NCBI RefSeq assembly: GCF_009914755.1
Contig: NC_060947.1
Strand: one strand, 5' to 3'
Length of the DNA stretch: 64,000 nt
From: the human T2T-CHM13v2.0 reference genome, Homo sapiens
The notes below the pieces were generated by a model that made no database searches, had not been told where the DNA came from, and worked only from the letters and a program-made list of their open reading frames with translations. Positions within the stretch are counted from its first letter, which is position 1, and each line of letters opens with the position of its first letter. Shown in pieces: positions 1 through 12,425 of the stretch. The position numbers and the translations under genes were made by a program.

Positions 1-54
1 AATCAAAAGAGAGTATTCCTTTTTTTAATCGGTGAAACTTCAGTCTTTTTACTT

Positions 55-555
55 AAATCAAGATATAATTCATGCACCATAAAATTTGCCATTTTCAAGT
101 GAATGATTCAGTGCCTTTTAGTATACTTACAGAGTTGTGCAATTGTCACAACTATCTAATTCAATTTTCATCACTTTAATTAGAAACTCTGTACCCTCTA
201 AGCTGTCATTAGCTGTTCCCTCCTTCCCCTAGTCCCTGGGAACCACACATCTGCTCTTGGTCTCTATGGATTTGTCTATTCTGGACATTTCATATCAATG
301 TAATCATACAATATGTAGTCTTTTGTGATGGACTCCTTTTACTTAGCATAATGCTTTGAGTTTCATCTATGTTGTAGCAGGAATCAGTACTTCTTCCCTC
401 TTTATAGTTGAAAAATATGTCATTGGGTGGATGGACTACATTTTAATCATTCATCAGTTGATGGACATCTGCATCGTTTATATTTTTGGCTATTATAAAT
501 AATGTTAATATGAACATTTGTGTACAACTTTTTGTGTGAACATGTTCCTTTGATA
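55..555 (-). mobile_element. Old L1 (L1MB/L1ME-type) 3' end fragment
   Basis: Antisense L1M 3' motifs: 'agatataattcatgcaccataaaatt', 'ctctatggatttgtctattctggacatttcatat', 'gttgatggacatctg'. Confidence 0.8.
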
Positions 556-834
556 GGATTAACTTAGAAAAAAGAAAAGTAAGAGTGAAAAAGGCAGCTA
601 ACACTGTGCCAAAGACAGCAAATGGCCTATTATAAATCCACAAATCAGGATTCTAATATTCCCTAATTATTCCGAAGATAAGTCACTATGTCCTTTGCTA
701 CAGGACATATTCATGGGCCCCAAACCAGGCATACTAAATTTGAATTTCCAGGGAAGGAGGGTGAAAATCTCTATATTTAAACAAGCCTCCCAAGTGATTC
801 TAATCATTAGCCAAGTTCAGGGAACACTGGTTTA

Positions 835-968
835 GTCTTTGCAACTCAAAGTTGATTCCTGAGAATCTCTAGCACTGCATCTCCTGGAAGCTTGTTAGAA
901 ATGGAGAGTCTCAAGCCCCACTCCAAACCTACTGAATCAGAATCTCATTTTAACAAGATCCCCAGGTG
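835..968. mobile_element. MER5A (hAT-Charlie) fragment cut by an L1; a second MER5-like piece lies at ~700-830
   Basis: 'cttgttagaaatg...ccccactccaaacctactgaatcagaatctcattttaacaagatccccaggtga' matches MER5A as recalled. Confidence 0.75.
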
Positions 969-1955
969 AAAGGACTCCTTATTCAATAAATGGTGCTGGG
1001 ATAGCTGGCTAGCCATAAGCAGGTGAACGAAACTGGACCACTACTTTTCACCATACACAAAAATTAGCTCAAGATAGATTAAAAACTTAAATATAAGACC
1101 TAAAACTATAAGAACCCTGGAAAATACCATTCTGGACATGGGCCTTGGGAATGAATTTATAACTAAGTCCTCAAAAACAGTTGCAACAAAAACAAAAATT
1201 GCCAAGTGGGACCTAATTAAACTGAAGAGCTGCACAGCAAAAGAAACTATCAACAGAGTAGATAGACAACCTACAAAATGGGAGAAAATATTTGCAAACT
1301 GTGCATGTGACAAAGGTCTAATATCCAGAACCTATAAGGAACTTAAACAATTGAAAGAGTAAAAAATAAATAACCCCATCAAAAAATGGGCAAAATACAT
1401 GAACAGACACTTCTGAAAAGAAGACATACAAGCGTCCAACGAACATGAAAAAATGCTCCACATCACACATCAACAGAGAAATGTAAATCAAAACCACAAT
1501 GAGATACCATCTCACACCAGTCACAATGGCTATGTGTAAAAAGTAAAAACACAACAGACACTGGCAAGGCTGTAGAGAAAAGGGGACATTTATACACTGT
1601 TGGTGGGAATGTAAATTAGTTCAGCTACCATGGAAAGCAGTTTGGAGACTTCTCAGAGAACTCAACACAGAACTACCATTTGACCCAGCAATCCCATTAC
1701 TAGGTATATACTCAAAGGAAAATAAATCATTCTACCAAAAAGACACATGTACTTTTATGTTCACTTTGGCACTATTCACAATAGCAAAGACATGGAATCG
1801 ACAACCTAAGTGCCCATCAGTGGTGGACTGGATAAAGAAAATGTAGTTCATATATACCATAAAATACTATGCAGCCATAAAAAAGAATGAAATCATGTCG
1901 TTTGCAGCAACATGGATGCAGCTGGAGGCCATTATCCTAAGTGAATTAACATAGG
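969..1955 (+). mobile_element. L1 (L1PA15/16- or L1PB-like) ORF2 C-terminal fragment, truncated at both ends
   Basis: ORF track peptide '[32 protein letters not shown]' is L1 ORF2p; DNA 'ttcaataaatggtgctggg'; no 3'UTR or polyA. Confidence 0.92.
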
Positions 1956-1980
1956 AAAATATCGTAAGTGAATTAATATA

Positions 1981-2165
1981 AGATTCCCAACCCTAGTTGC
2001 ACATTAGATTTTACCTAGAGTGCTTTTAAGAAATATGATCCCTGTGTCCCACCCCAGGCCAATTAAAGCAGAATCTCTTAGGAGTTGGAGGTTGGGCATC
2101 AGTATTTCATTAGATTATTTTAGGTCCCAGGTGGGTTTAATGTGCAGCCAGGGTTAAGACACCTA
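1981..2165. mobile_element. MER5-family (MER5A1/MER5B-like) DNA transposon
   Basis: 'ccaaccctagttgcacattaga...ccccaggccaattaaagcagaatctct...taatgtgcagccagggttaaga' with terminal inverted similarity. Confidence 0.7.
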
Positions 2166-2187
2166 GGAAGTCGTGATCCCTCTCCGG

Positions 2188-2487
2188 CAGCAGTCCCCAA
2201 CCTTTTTGGCAAGAAGAACCAGTTTCCTGGAAGACAATTTTTTTCCACGGATTCGGGGATGGGTTTCAAGATGAAACTGTTCCATCTCAGATCACCAGGC
2301 ACTAGATTCTCATAAGGGGTGCGCAACCTAGATCCCTCACATGCTCAGTTCACAATAGTGTTTGCGCTCCTATAAGAATCTAATGCCGCTGATCTGACAG
2401 TCGGCTGAGCTCAGGAGGTAAGCCTGCCACTCACCTCCTGCTGTGCGGCCCTGTACCGGCCTGCCGCCTGGGGGTTGGGGATCCCTG
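2188..2487. mobile_element. MER1B (hAT-Charlie MITE)
   Basis: TIRs cagcagtccccaacc / ggttggggatccctg; 300 bp; degenerate 8-bp TSD ctctccgg / ctctaagg. Confidence 0.88.
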
Positions 2488-2604
2488 CTCTAAGGTAAGG
2501 CTAGGAGGTGAGTCCAAGAAGAATACTACGTTGTCACACAGCCTCTCCCACTGCAATACAGACATAAAATTTCATATACTTAATCCTTTAGTCCCACTAT
2601 TTTC

Positions 2605-2798
2605 AAAAAGGGAAAAGGGAAGGGAAGGAGGAAGGGGAAAGGGAAGGGAGAAGGGAGAAAGCGAGTGAGAAGAGAAGGAAAAGAAAAAAGGAAGGGAAAA
2701 GGAAAGGGGAAAAGGAAAAGGAAGGAGAAAGGAAAAAGGAAAGGAAAGGAGGGAAGCAAGGAGGGAGGGAGGGAAGGAGATATAAGAGAAGAAAAAAG
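2605..2798 (+). repeat. GA-rich polypurine low-complexity tract
   Basis: ~194 bp with about 5 pyrimidines; GGAAA/GGGA units. Confidence 0.95.
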
Positions 2799-2894
2799 TG
2801 TTATAATATGCTACATAAGAACCTTATAGTTTGAATCAATTGCAACAATTTTTATTGGAGCATATAAAAAATTTCCCAGTTAAGTTTTAAAAAA

Positions 2895-3630
2895 TTCTGT
2901 TGGGGTATCATTTACATACAGGGAAATTAATCCTTTTAGTGTATTGTTCTGAATTTTGACAAACCCATAAGCTTGTGTAACCACCACGGCAATCAAGGCA
3001 CAGCAATTCCTTCACTCCCAAAAATTTCACTCGTGCTGACTCTGTAGTTAGCTCTTCTTTCCACCTGAAGACAACCACTGACCACTTTTCTGTCTCTACA
3101 ATTTTGCCTTTTCAGGATGTCAAATAAGTGGAATATTGATTCTGGCTTTTTTCACATAGCATAATGAATTTCAGATTCATCCATGTTGTTTCATGTATCT
3201 GTAGTCTGTTCCTTTTATTGTTGAATACTATCCCATTGAATGGAAATGCCACTGTTTGTTTATTCACGCACCAATTATATGTTTGTGTAGTTTCACACCA
3301 GTCGATGTTTGGGTAGTTTCTAGTTTTTGGCAATTATAAATAAAGCCACTATAAACATTCACATACAGGTTTTTGTGCAAATATACATTTTAGTTTCTCT
3401 TGGGTTATTACCTAGGAGTAGGACTGTAGCATTGTATGACAATTTTGTGTTTAACTTTATAAGAAACCGCTATGCTCTTTTCAAACAGACCCCAGTGTTT
3501 TGGCTTCTCATCAGCAATATATGAGAGTTCCAGTTGTTTTGCATACTTGTCAACATTTAATACTGCCAGGCTTTCTGGTTTGTTTCTTTTAGTTTTAGCC
3601 ATTCTGTGTAGTGATATCTCATTGCGGTCC
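2895..3630 (-). mobile_element. Old L1 (L1MB/L1ME-type) 3' region
   Basis: 'gtgtaaccaccacggcaatcaag', 'ataaacattcacatacaggtttttgtg', 'cagcaatatatgagagttccagttg'. Confidence 0.8.
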
Positions 3631-4557
3631 TTTTAAGTTTTGATGCCCTAAATTATCCTCAACTGTATTTTTTTAACCTTGTTTTTTAAAATCTAGCAGG
3701 TAACCTGTTTTGTTGTTATTGTTTTTTTTCCCAGCATTAAAAAAAACTTGTACAGAATTAGACAGAAGAGTATAATAAATCTGTGTGAACTGATCACCTA
3801 GCTTCAATGGTTGTCAGTATTTGCCATTTCTTTTCATCAGTCACCACCATCAATTTTGTTTCTGGAGTCCTTTAAAGCAAATTTCATACTTTATTTCATT
3901 AGTTAATATTTCAATACGAATCCCTGGAGGAACTTCAAAAATAAAGCAAAGGTAATCACATATAACAAAATTAGCAATAATTCTTTAATATCCCCTAATA
4001 ATCAGTCTATTTTCAAATATCCTCAATTGCCTCAAGCATGTCTTTTAAAAAACTGCTTTGTTTAAATTTAATTTGCTTATGATATGAAGTGGAAGCTATA
4101 AAATCCAAGGTCCTACTTTTTTTTCAAATGATTGTGGTTCCACTCAATTTTCAGAAATAGTTTGAAGTCAGTTCAGATTTTACTGAGCTATAGTTTATCT
4201 ATTCAAATTATATTTTTGTTATACAACAGCAATTGGGAATTATAAGGCAGATATTAAGAACATTGAATTGGCATATCATTTAACTGACAGATCAAAACAG
4301 TTAAAAGATGCCTGCCACTAATGGACAGTACAGCCAATTGGTTCTGTTGGCAGTGAATATATGAGTTGGCATTACCAGTCCAGGGTAGTGGGGAGAGGAC
4401 AAATGGGTAGTAGGGGAATGGGAAGGGATTCTTTATTTGGCCAACAGACAGAAGGGATCACTTCTCTCACCTGGCATTGTTACAAATAAGGTTTGTTCAT
4501 AGTGGGCCCCTAGCACAACTATGGAATTGATAAAACACTATCAAGAGGTGTGTGTGT

Positions 4558-4767
4558 CACCAGGGCCTGTTGTGGGGTGGGGGGAGGGGGGAGGGATAGC
4601 ATTAGGAGATATACCTAATGCTAAATGACGAGTTAATGGGTGCAGCACACCAACATGGCACATGTATACATATGTAACAAACCTGCACGTTGTGCACATG
4701 TACCCTAAAACTTAAAGTATAATAATAAAAAAAAAAACAAATCCAAAATATTGGGGTTAAAAAAAAA
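4558..4767 (+). mobile_element. Short 5'-truncated young L1PA (PA3/PA4-like) 3'UTR with two A-tails
   Basis: 'gggatagcattaggagatatacctaatgctaaatgacgagttaatgggtgcagcacacc...cttaaagtataataat'; TSD aagagg(t/g)gtgtgtgt at 4543-4557 and 4766-4780. Confidence 0.93.
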
Positions 4768-4770
4768 GAG

Positions 4771-4772
<2 letters not shown>

Positions 4773-4812
<40 letters not shown>
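4773..4812. repeat. (GT)20 microsatellite
   Basis: Direct reading. Confidence 0.97.
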
Positions 4813-4813
<1 letters not shown>

Positions 4814-6324
4814 GTCCCAGAGGTTTCATCCAAATACAATTTTGGCTTTATTTTGTTTACAAGAATTTTTTCTTTCATTCACTTTAGTTAGTAAGTAGAC
4901 AAGACTTTATTGTGAATTTGTTCCATTATTGCTTTTATCTTTTTAAAATGTGGTTTAGCTCACAGCCAAGTCATATAAAAGTAATTAATATTTAGATTTG
5001 AAGATCAGCATCTTGGTGATTTCTGTTTTGATTTTTTTAAGTATATGGTTCATTTTAAATTCCAGATTGGAACAGGCTTTTTCTTCAATCCAAACCTATA
5101 TGGATTCCTACAGCCTTGAGCTCTTTTTCAACATTTGCACAAATGTATTTGCTTGCTCTGTTACCGTTTAGTACAGATAAGAAGGTTCAAGTAAATGTAA
5201 CCTGCACAATAAGAATATAATCACTGTTTAAAATCAAACTTCAGAACAGGTCAACATGGCATAATCTCCTGTATAAATGATCTGTAATTCGCCTCTTCAG
5301 ATAGTCATCTTGGCCCTGGAGTGGTTTAAAAGATAGTAGCTGCCAAAAATTGTTAACCATTAAACAAAGCTTTGCTTTTCTTTTATGTGGCAGGAACAAA
5401 GGTACACTTTTAAATCTGTCTCTGAAAAATGCATTGGTTTTGAATCCAATTCACTCTACAACCCTTGCTTTTGGGATCCAGGAGGAACCTTTCCAAAAAG
5501 GGTTTTTGGTTTGTTTTTTTTGTTTTGCCTTCATGGAGTGACCTGAGCCAAGGTATGTGGGTTTTATTTCCGGGGGCAAAGTTGACATAAAGAAAACTTG
5601 GAAAACCCAAGGGAGGCTTGAAAGGACTGTGTATTACACTGGAATGTATTCCATCAATTGTCAGAGTACTTAAGAACACTGAGTCATCATGGGGAATGTC
5701 CCCTTCATGAAGTCAACAACGGGTTGGCATTATGGAGAATATTCATCTCTCCTATTGAACCATAGTGCAATTTGGCAGTCCACATATTTGCCTTTCATGG
5801 TAGCTAAAAAGTAAACATTCGTATTTATGTTCTATTTCATAAAATTAGACCACTATATTGCTTCCAACTTCAAAGAATTCTGTAGTTTCACTTTCAAGGC
5901 AACTCTAGAAGACAGTATTTTAAGCACTAGGGGACTTGAGATGCATACACAACCAGCCTCTTATGGATTCACTTAATCACCATTAGAACCTGAAGATCTA
6001 AGTTTCTACTTAGTTGTCTGTGCTCATGGTAGGTTTCTCCCAGGGCATTTCTTTCATGGTCACATTTGGTTTCTGCCAAATTCTTCTTTTGAGATTTAGA
6101 ATGTCTTTTTAGACCTTTACCAATGGAAGGAAAATGCCAGGTATTTCATTAGCATAATGGACCTATATGCCAAAGCCAATGAGATTATCATGTTACTTAC
6201 CAAATTCCTTAGATCATACATGTTGGCAAAGTAATCACTTCCTTCCACCTATTAAATTTGTTGTTTTTAATGCCAGATGAGAGAAACAAAGATACTTGAA
6301 GTGATCTTTTATAACCAAGTGACT

Positions 6325-6520
6325 TGCTACTATGAACATTTAGGGTTAGGCAATTCTTTGTTGGGAGTGGGGACTGTCTTGTGCATTGTAGAATGCTTAC
6401 CAGCATCCCTGACCTCTACCCACTGTTCCAGTAGAAACCCCCTCTCAAGTCACGACAACCACATGTTTTCAAACATTGCCAACTATGCCATGGGGAGCAA
6501 AACTGCCCCCTGTTGAGAAC
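6325..6520. mobile_element. MER20 (hAT-Charlie)
   Basis: 'ggggactgtcttgtgcattgtagaatg...agcatccctgacctctacccact...acattgcca...ttgagaac'. Confidence 0.8.
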
Positions 6521-8435
6521 GAGTTTTATAAACAGCAAGACAGGTATTCATCTACAGTCTTTTGAATTATTTATTAATTAATACATTCCACAGTTGGCTC
6601 CTGTGTAAGGGGTAGTGCTAGACATGAGGGACTATTGGATATGATCCTTGCACAAGGCTTGTTTTCACAGAGCTTATGAGTCAGCCTAGGAAGCTCACAA
6701 TCTAACCTCATTCTTAACATCTCCCTGGCAAGAGTCATGAATCGGGTCAGTATAGGATAGGGCCCATTTGTAAACTTACACCTTGCATTGGCTCATGACC
6801 TGCCTATTTGACCCTGAATCCCCAAACCAGAGCACCTGTGTAGCCTCAGTGGGCACTCAAACAGGGTGATTCCATTCTCTTTTGAACTCTTCCAGGGTAT
6901 TAGATTTGTGTCATTGATTATCTACTGCCCAGTTTATAGACATTGTGTACAGTTCATCATTTTCTTATTTTTAATGATTAGTACCCTCTGTAAGATGGAT
7001 TTGGCTGGCTGCCTGGATGAATGGTTCGGTTGATTATTTTGGAGCATCTTGGCAGCCAAACTAAAGAGTTTGGAGACAATTTCTTTTAGTATGGGAATGA
7101 CATGACTGATTACTTAGTAATATCCACATGTCATGGTGCTGGGAAGATTTGGAGAGGGGAAAACATGAAGCCAAAGAGATAATAAAATGATTTTATATTC
7201 CTCCTATGATCAGTAAAGTACAGTAGCAGAAGAGCAGCAATGTCAATGAGGAACAAAGGAGCAAAAAGGAGAGCCATTTCAAAGAAAAAATAAATAAGAT
7301 TTTGGAAGAGAAAATGATCATTACAGAGAAATTGAGTCAAAGGACTCAAGTTCAGTGTGTGTAGATATGAAAATGTGGTTTCTCCATTAAATACAAATAT
7401 AGGTGTTAAGATGAATAAAGGATATCCTGATATACCGAGGCCATCATTCTTCATGTAACTTTCCTCATTTGAAAGTAATATTCTTATGAATTTTCTATTC
7501 TTACATTAAGTCCAGCTGTAAACTAAGAGCAACCAAACAGGAGGTAGGATGATTCACTTTTTGAACAATATCACATGTAAACAATTCTGTAAAAAGCAAT
7601 GCAATATGGATACAAGAGGCCTGAAATCAGAATCAATAAATCTGGGCTCCCCAGATGACCTAAGTGAAGCCTCACATGGCATTATTCACCACTCAGTTCA
7701 CCTCACCACATTTCTTTTTCCTCCATGTGAAAAAAGTGGCTGACAAGTGAAGATTTCCTTAAATTGTAGTATTTTTAGAAATGCCAATTATATTAATGAT
7801 ATCCTCCTTATTAGTAATCTCCAAGTAGTTACATAATGTGCAGAATCATCTCAAGCACTAATTTTAAAGTAAATGAATATTGAGTGTCTCATATATGTCA
7901 GATCACTTTTCTGGGCACTGAGAATAAAGGGGTTTATAAAATAAAGTCCTTGTTCTTTTCCTCTTGGAGTTTACATTCTAATAGGGGAGACAGACAATAA
8001 ACATATAAAGAAATAAATATGTAATAAATCATGTGGTAGTAAGTCCAATGAAGACAACTATGGCACTATAATAGGATTGAAAGTGATTGAGGTGTTATTT
8101 TTGATCAGTGAAGTGACATGTGAGGAGACTAGAAGGAAAGCAGGAAGCAGGGTATGCAATGTACTAGAGAAGACTATTCTGAGCAAAGGAAACAGCAGGT
8201 GCAATGGTCCTGGAAAGGAGGAGTGCTTGGCCCCTTAGGGAAACATCAGTGAGGCCAGGTGGCTGGAGCAGAATGAGTGACAGGGGAAGGAGAGGAAGTC
8301 AAAAGGGAGTAAGAGCCAGTTTATTAAGGGCTTTGTAGACCATGGAAAGGACTTCAGGATTTTCTCCCCAAATGTGATGGGAAGAAATTGAGAGTGTTTT
8401 GAGTAGACGATGACATAATCTGATTCAGTTTCCAG

Positions 8436-8672
8436 CAGTGGTTCTCAACCAGGAATAATTTTTGCACCCAGGGTACATTGGGGAATGAATGTCTGGAGAC
8501 ATTTTGGTTATCACAGCTGGGGAGATGTGCTCCTCGTCTCAAGTGAGCAGAGATTAGTGATGTTGTTAAACATCCTACAATGCAAAGGACAACCCCTTTC
8601 CCTTACCACTGCCCATTCCCACCACCAACACACACAGCAAAGAATTTTCTGGGCCAAAATGTCAACAGTGCC
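8436..8672. mobile_element. MER20 nested in L2
   Basis: 'cagtggttctcaacc...aatgtctggagacattttggttatcacagctgggg...aaacatcctacaatgca...ccaaaatgtcaacagtgcc'. Confidence 0.85.
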
Positions 8673-9084
8673 TGTTTACAAGATATCTCTACCATCGTGA
8701 AGAGAACAGACTGTGGTGGGGCCAGGGTAAAAGCGGGGTAAAAGTAGGAGTCAACTGCATTAGACTCAGGTGTCAGGGGTAGAGACTGGAAAGTGGTCAG
8801 ATTGGGGATACACTGTGAAGACCACATTAATAGAATTTGTAGATAAATTTAGTATAAGAGATGACTCAAGAATGACTCCAAGTTTTCTGGCATGAACTAC
8901 TGAGTTGAGGAATTTAGGGAGAGTAGCCAGTTTGGGAAGATATCAACAATTCATTTTTGAACATGTTAACCTTGAGAACTTGTTAGCTATCTAAGTGTAG
9001 ATCTCAAGTAGCCATCTATAAATATAAATCTTAGAAACGTGAATCTAAAGTTACATGTTTGGCTGCAAAGATAAAGTTGAGAGT

Positions 9085-9555
9085 GGTATTGCAAAGGATT
9101 CTTAATTGCAGACAAGAGAATCCATTCTAGCCAGTTTAAATCAAAAGGGGATGTTACATAGTTCCAATAATCTCTGGGTAGGATGGAACAAGACCTGATG
9201 CTATTTGGTCAGAAACAATACAGTCAGGGTATACATCCAACCACACCATAGGAAAGTTCTGGTAAAAAACACCACTGTTGCTACTATCCACTATGACTTT
9301 AGGGACTGGAAATTGGAGATGTACTCAATTTGCCTCAGACCAAGCAGGTGTCTTAGCCTTCATGCTAGATAATCCTATCTCTCTTAGTTACAATTGGCCC
9401 AAATCTTGCACCTGGACATTTGATGTCACATGTCTCCACTCTAGCTATTAGAAAAACGTACAGTTTTAGCTTTGCAGTTTCTGTAATATTGGAAGGTGAA
9501 CTAGAACAGTTTGGAATGAGTGTTGAATAAGTCAACTTGCTCTCTATCTGCCTCA
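9085..9555. mobile_element. Ancient MaLR LTR (MLT1K/L/M-like) nested in L2
   Basis: Start 'ggattcttaattgcagacaagagaatccattctagccagtttaaatcaaaagggg' resembles old MLT1 ends; interrupts L2 continuity. Confidence 0.5.
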
Positions 9556-10269
9556 AGAAGCCACTGGCATATAGACGGAATTTACAGTTAGGGTGTTTGA
9601 TAAGGCCACGTGGGGAGAGAAGAACATTTAGTGGGACGAGCTCTTAGGCATCCCAACACTTGGATGTCCGGTAAGGAGACTGAAAAGAATCATGTAGTGA
9701 CAGGAATGAGAACCAGGAAATTGTGATATCCTAGAAGCCAAACCAGGAGAGTGTTTCAAGGAATAAGTGATCAACTGTATTGAATGGTACTGTCAGATCA
9801 ATTATGGGCAGATAATTAACCAGTGGATTTGAAAACACTGAGGTTATTCATAGTCTGACAAGAGACATTTCTGTGGAGTGATGGGGACAAAAGCCTGATT
9901 AGAATGGGTGCAGGAGAGATTGGGAGAGGGTGAAGTGGACACAGTGAGTATAAAAGAGACAGAGATATAGTCCTGCAAGTTGGAGGCGGAAATGGGGCTA
10001 AAGAAAGGTCTTTTTTTCAAATGGAAAATATTTAAAAATTAAATATTAAAAGAAAAGCATAACAGCCACATTTTAAAGCAATCCAACCAAGTTCTATATT
10101 TTAAATTTTCTATATTTTCTATATTTTAAATTCTCTTTCACAGAAATTGGTTTATGTCTTGGTCTTTGCCAATACTGTGCTTTTAAGCATCGCTCCTAAT
10201 CATTTAGAAAGCCTCCATGGGGAATGCCAAGGGATTTCTGATGAGCAGCTCATTGCCCTCGGAGCCTTT

Positions 10270-10360
10270 TATATATATACACACACACACATATATACAT
10301 ATATATGTATATATATGTATAAAATACATGTATATATACATATATATGTATATATGTATA
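10270..10360. repeat. (TA)n/(CA)n compound microsatellite
   Basis: Direct reading. Confidence 0.95.
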
Positions 10361-10924
10361 AAAAATCATTGCCAAGATCATCCTTTCACAACTGAGATCT
10401 CTGATCTTGTTCAAGCTTTTCCTAAAACATTTTTCATTTTTCTCTACTTTTAACAAATGAGCTTCATTAGAAAATACTACCCTTTGTTATCCATAAGAGG
10501 AGTTCACTTTAGAAAGTGGTAGAATATGAAGATCTTGCTGTAATAATATATCTCTCTTCATCTGCTGAAGCACAGCTACTATGAAAACAGAATGAGTAAC
10601 TGCTTCCATTCAACACTCCCAGCTCTCCCTAAAGGGAACATGTCTGAAGAACTAAGTGATTTGGTCACCTTTAATACATTTTCATTTCCATAATATGCTC
10701 TTAACAATTCAAATGACACGTTTCTCCATTTAAGTCTCCCACTGGGCATCTCTATCTTCTCACAAACTGTTTTTAGTTATTATCATTGTATTGTCTATGG
10801 AGATTAGGTTTGCTGCTATGACAAATCAGGGGAGATTTTAAAGGATGACATTAATTTGACAATTTTAGGAGTATTTATTCATATTTTTAAATATCAAAAG
10901 GATTAGAACAGTCATTTGGTTTTT

Positions 10925-12425
10925 TCCTTATATATTTCATATTTTAACTTTTTGTCAGATACGAGGTTTGCAAATATTTTCTCCCATTATGTAAACTGCC
11001 TTTTAATTTTGTTGACTGTTTCCTTTGCTGTGCAGAAGCTTTTTAGTTTGATGTAGTCCCACTTGTTTATTTTTGCTTTTGTTGCTTGTGCTTTTGGTGT
11101 CCTACCCAAAAAACTAATTGCTAAAATCAATGTTAGGGAGCTTTTCCCCTGTTTCGTTTTCTAGGAATTTTATGGTTTCAGGTTTTACATTGAAGTAAAC
11201 AATTTTTATGAATGGTGAAAAATAGGAACCCAATTTTGTTCTTTTGCATGTGAATATTTAGTTACCCACCACCATTTATTAGAAAGACTATCCTTTTCCC
11301 ATTGTGTATTCTTGGCACTCTTGCCAAATATTAATTGACCATGTACGTGCAGACTTATTTCTGGGCTATATTCCTTTCTAGTGGTCTATGGGTCTGTTTT
11401 CATGACAGTACCATACTGTTTCGATTATTAAAGCTTTGTAATATAGTTTGAATTAAGAAGTGTGATGCCTCCTGCTTTCTTCTTCTTTCTCAAGATTGCC
11501 TTGGCTATTCTGGGTCTTTTGTGGTTCCATAGGAATTTCAGGATTTTTTTTTTTCTATTTCTGTGAAAAATGCCAATGGAATGTTTTTAGAGGTTGCAAT
11601 GAGTCTAAACATCACTTTGGGTACTATGGTTATTTTAACAATACTAATTCTTCTGATCTGTGAGCACAGGATATCTTTCCATTTTTTGTGTGCCTTTAGT
11701 TTCTTTCATCAATGTGTTATAGTTTTCAGTGTACAGATCTTTCATCTCTTTGGTTAAATTTATTCCTAAGTATTTTATTGTCTTTGATGCTATTATAAAT
11801 AGGATTGTTTTCTTTCTCTTTTAGATAATTCATTGTTAATGAATAAAAATGCAACTAATTTTTTGTACGTTGATTTTGTATTCTGCAACTTTATTGAATT
11901 CATTTATTAGTTCTAACAGTTTTTCTGGTGGAGTCTTTAGGGTTCTCTTGATATAAGATTGTGTCATCTTCAAACAGAGAAAATGTTACTTTTTCTGATT
12001 GGGATGTCTTTTATTTTTTTCTTGCTTAATTGCTCTGTCTAGGACTTCTAGTAGTATGTTGAATAGAAGTGGTGAGAGTGGGCATCCTTGTGTTGTTCCT
12101 GATCTTAGAGAAAAAGAATTCAGCTTCCCACTATTGAGTATAATGTTAGAGGTGGGCTTGTTATATATGACCTTTATTATGTTGAGGTATACATCTATAC
12201 CCAACTTGTTGACAGCTTTTATTATGAAAAAATGTTGAATTTTGTTAAATGCTTTTTCTGCCTCTGTTGAGATGCTCATATGATTTTTATATTTCATTTT
12301 GCAAATGTGGTATATCACATTTATTGATTTACATGTCAAACTCTCCTTGCATCCCAGAGACAAATCTCACTTGATCATGGTATATAATCTTTTTGATGTG
12401 CTGTTGAATTTGGTTTACTAGTATT
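10925..12425 (-). mobile_element. L1 (L1MA/L1M-type) ORF2 fragment
   Basis: Minus-strand ORF 11986-12363 'EKAFNKIQH...[21 protein letters not shown]' is the L1 RT domain; degenerate. Confidence 0.92.

Larger units (their letters stand above)
7870..9950 (-). mobile_element. L2 (L2a-like) 3' portion with nested insertions
   Basis: 'tattgagtgtctc..tatgtcag', 'ggagtttacattctaataggggagacagacaataaac', 'gaggccaggtggctggagcagaatgagtga', 'ggagtgatggggacaaaagcctgatt'. Confidence 0.85.

Noticed and set aside
10092-10132. Short repeats (ttctatatttt)x3, also 53876-53915 and (ataggt)n at ~41389
   Set aside because: Ordinary slippage in AT-rich DNA; no repeat-spacer organisation, so not CRISPR-like.
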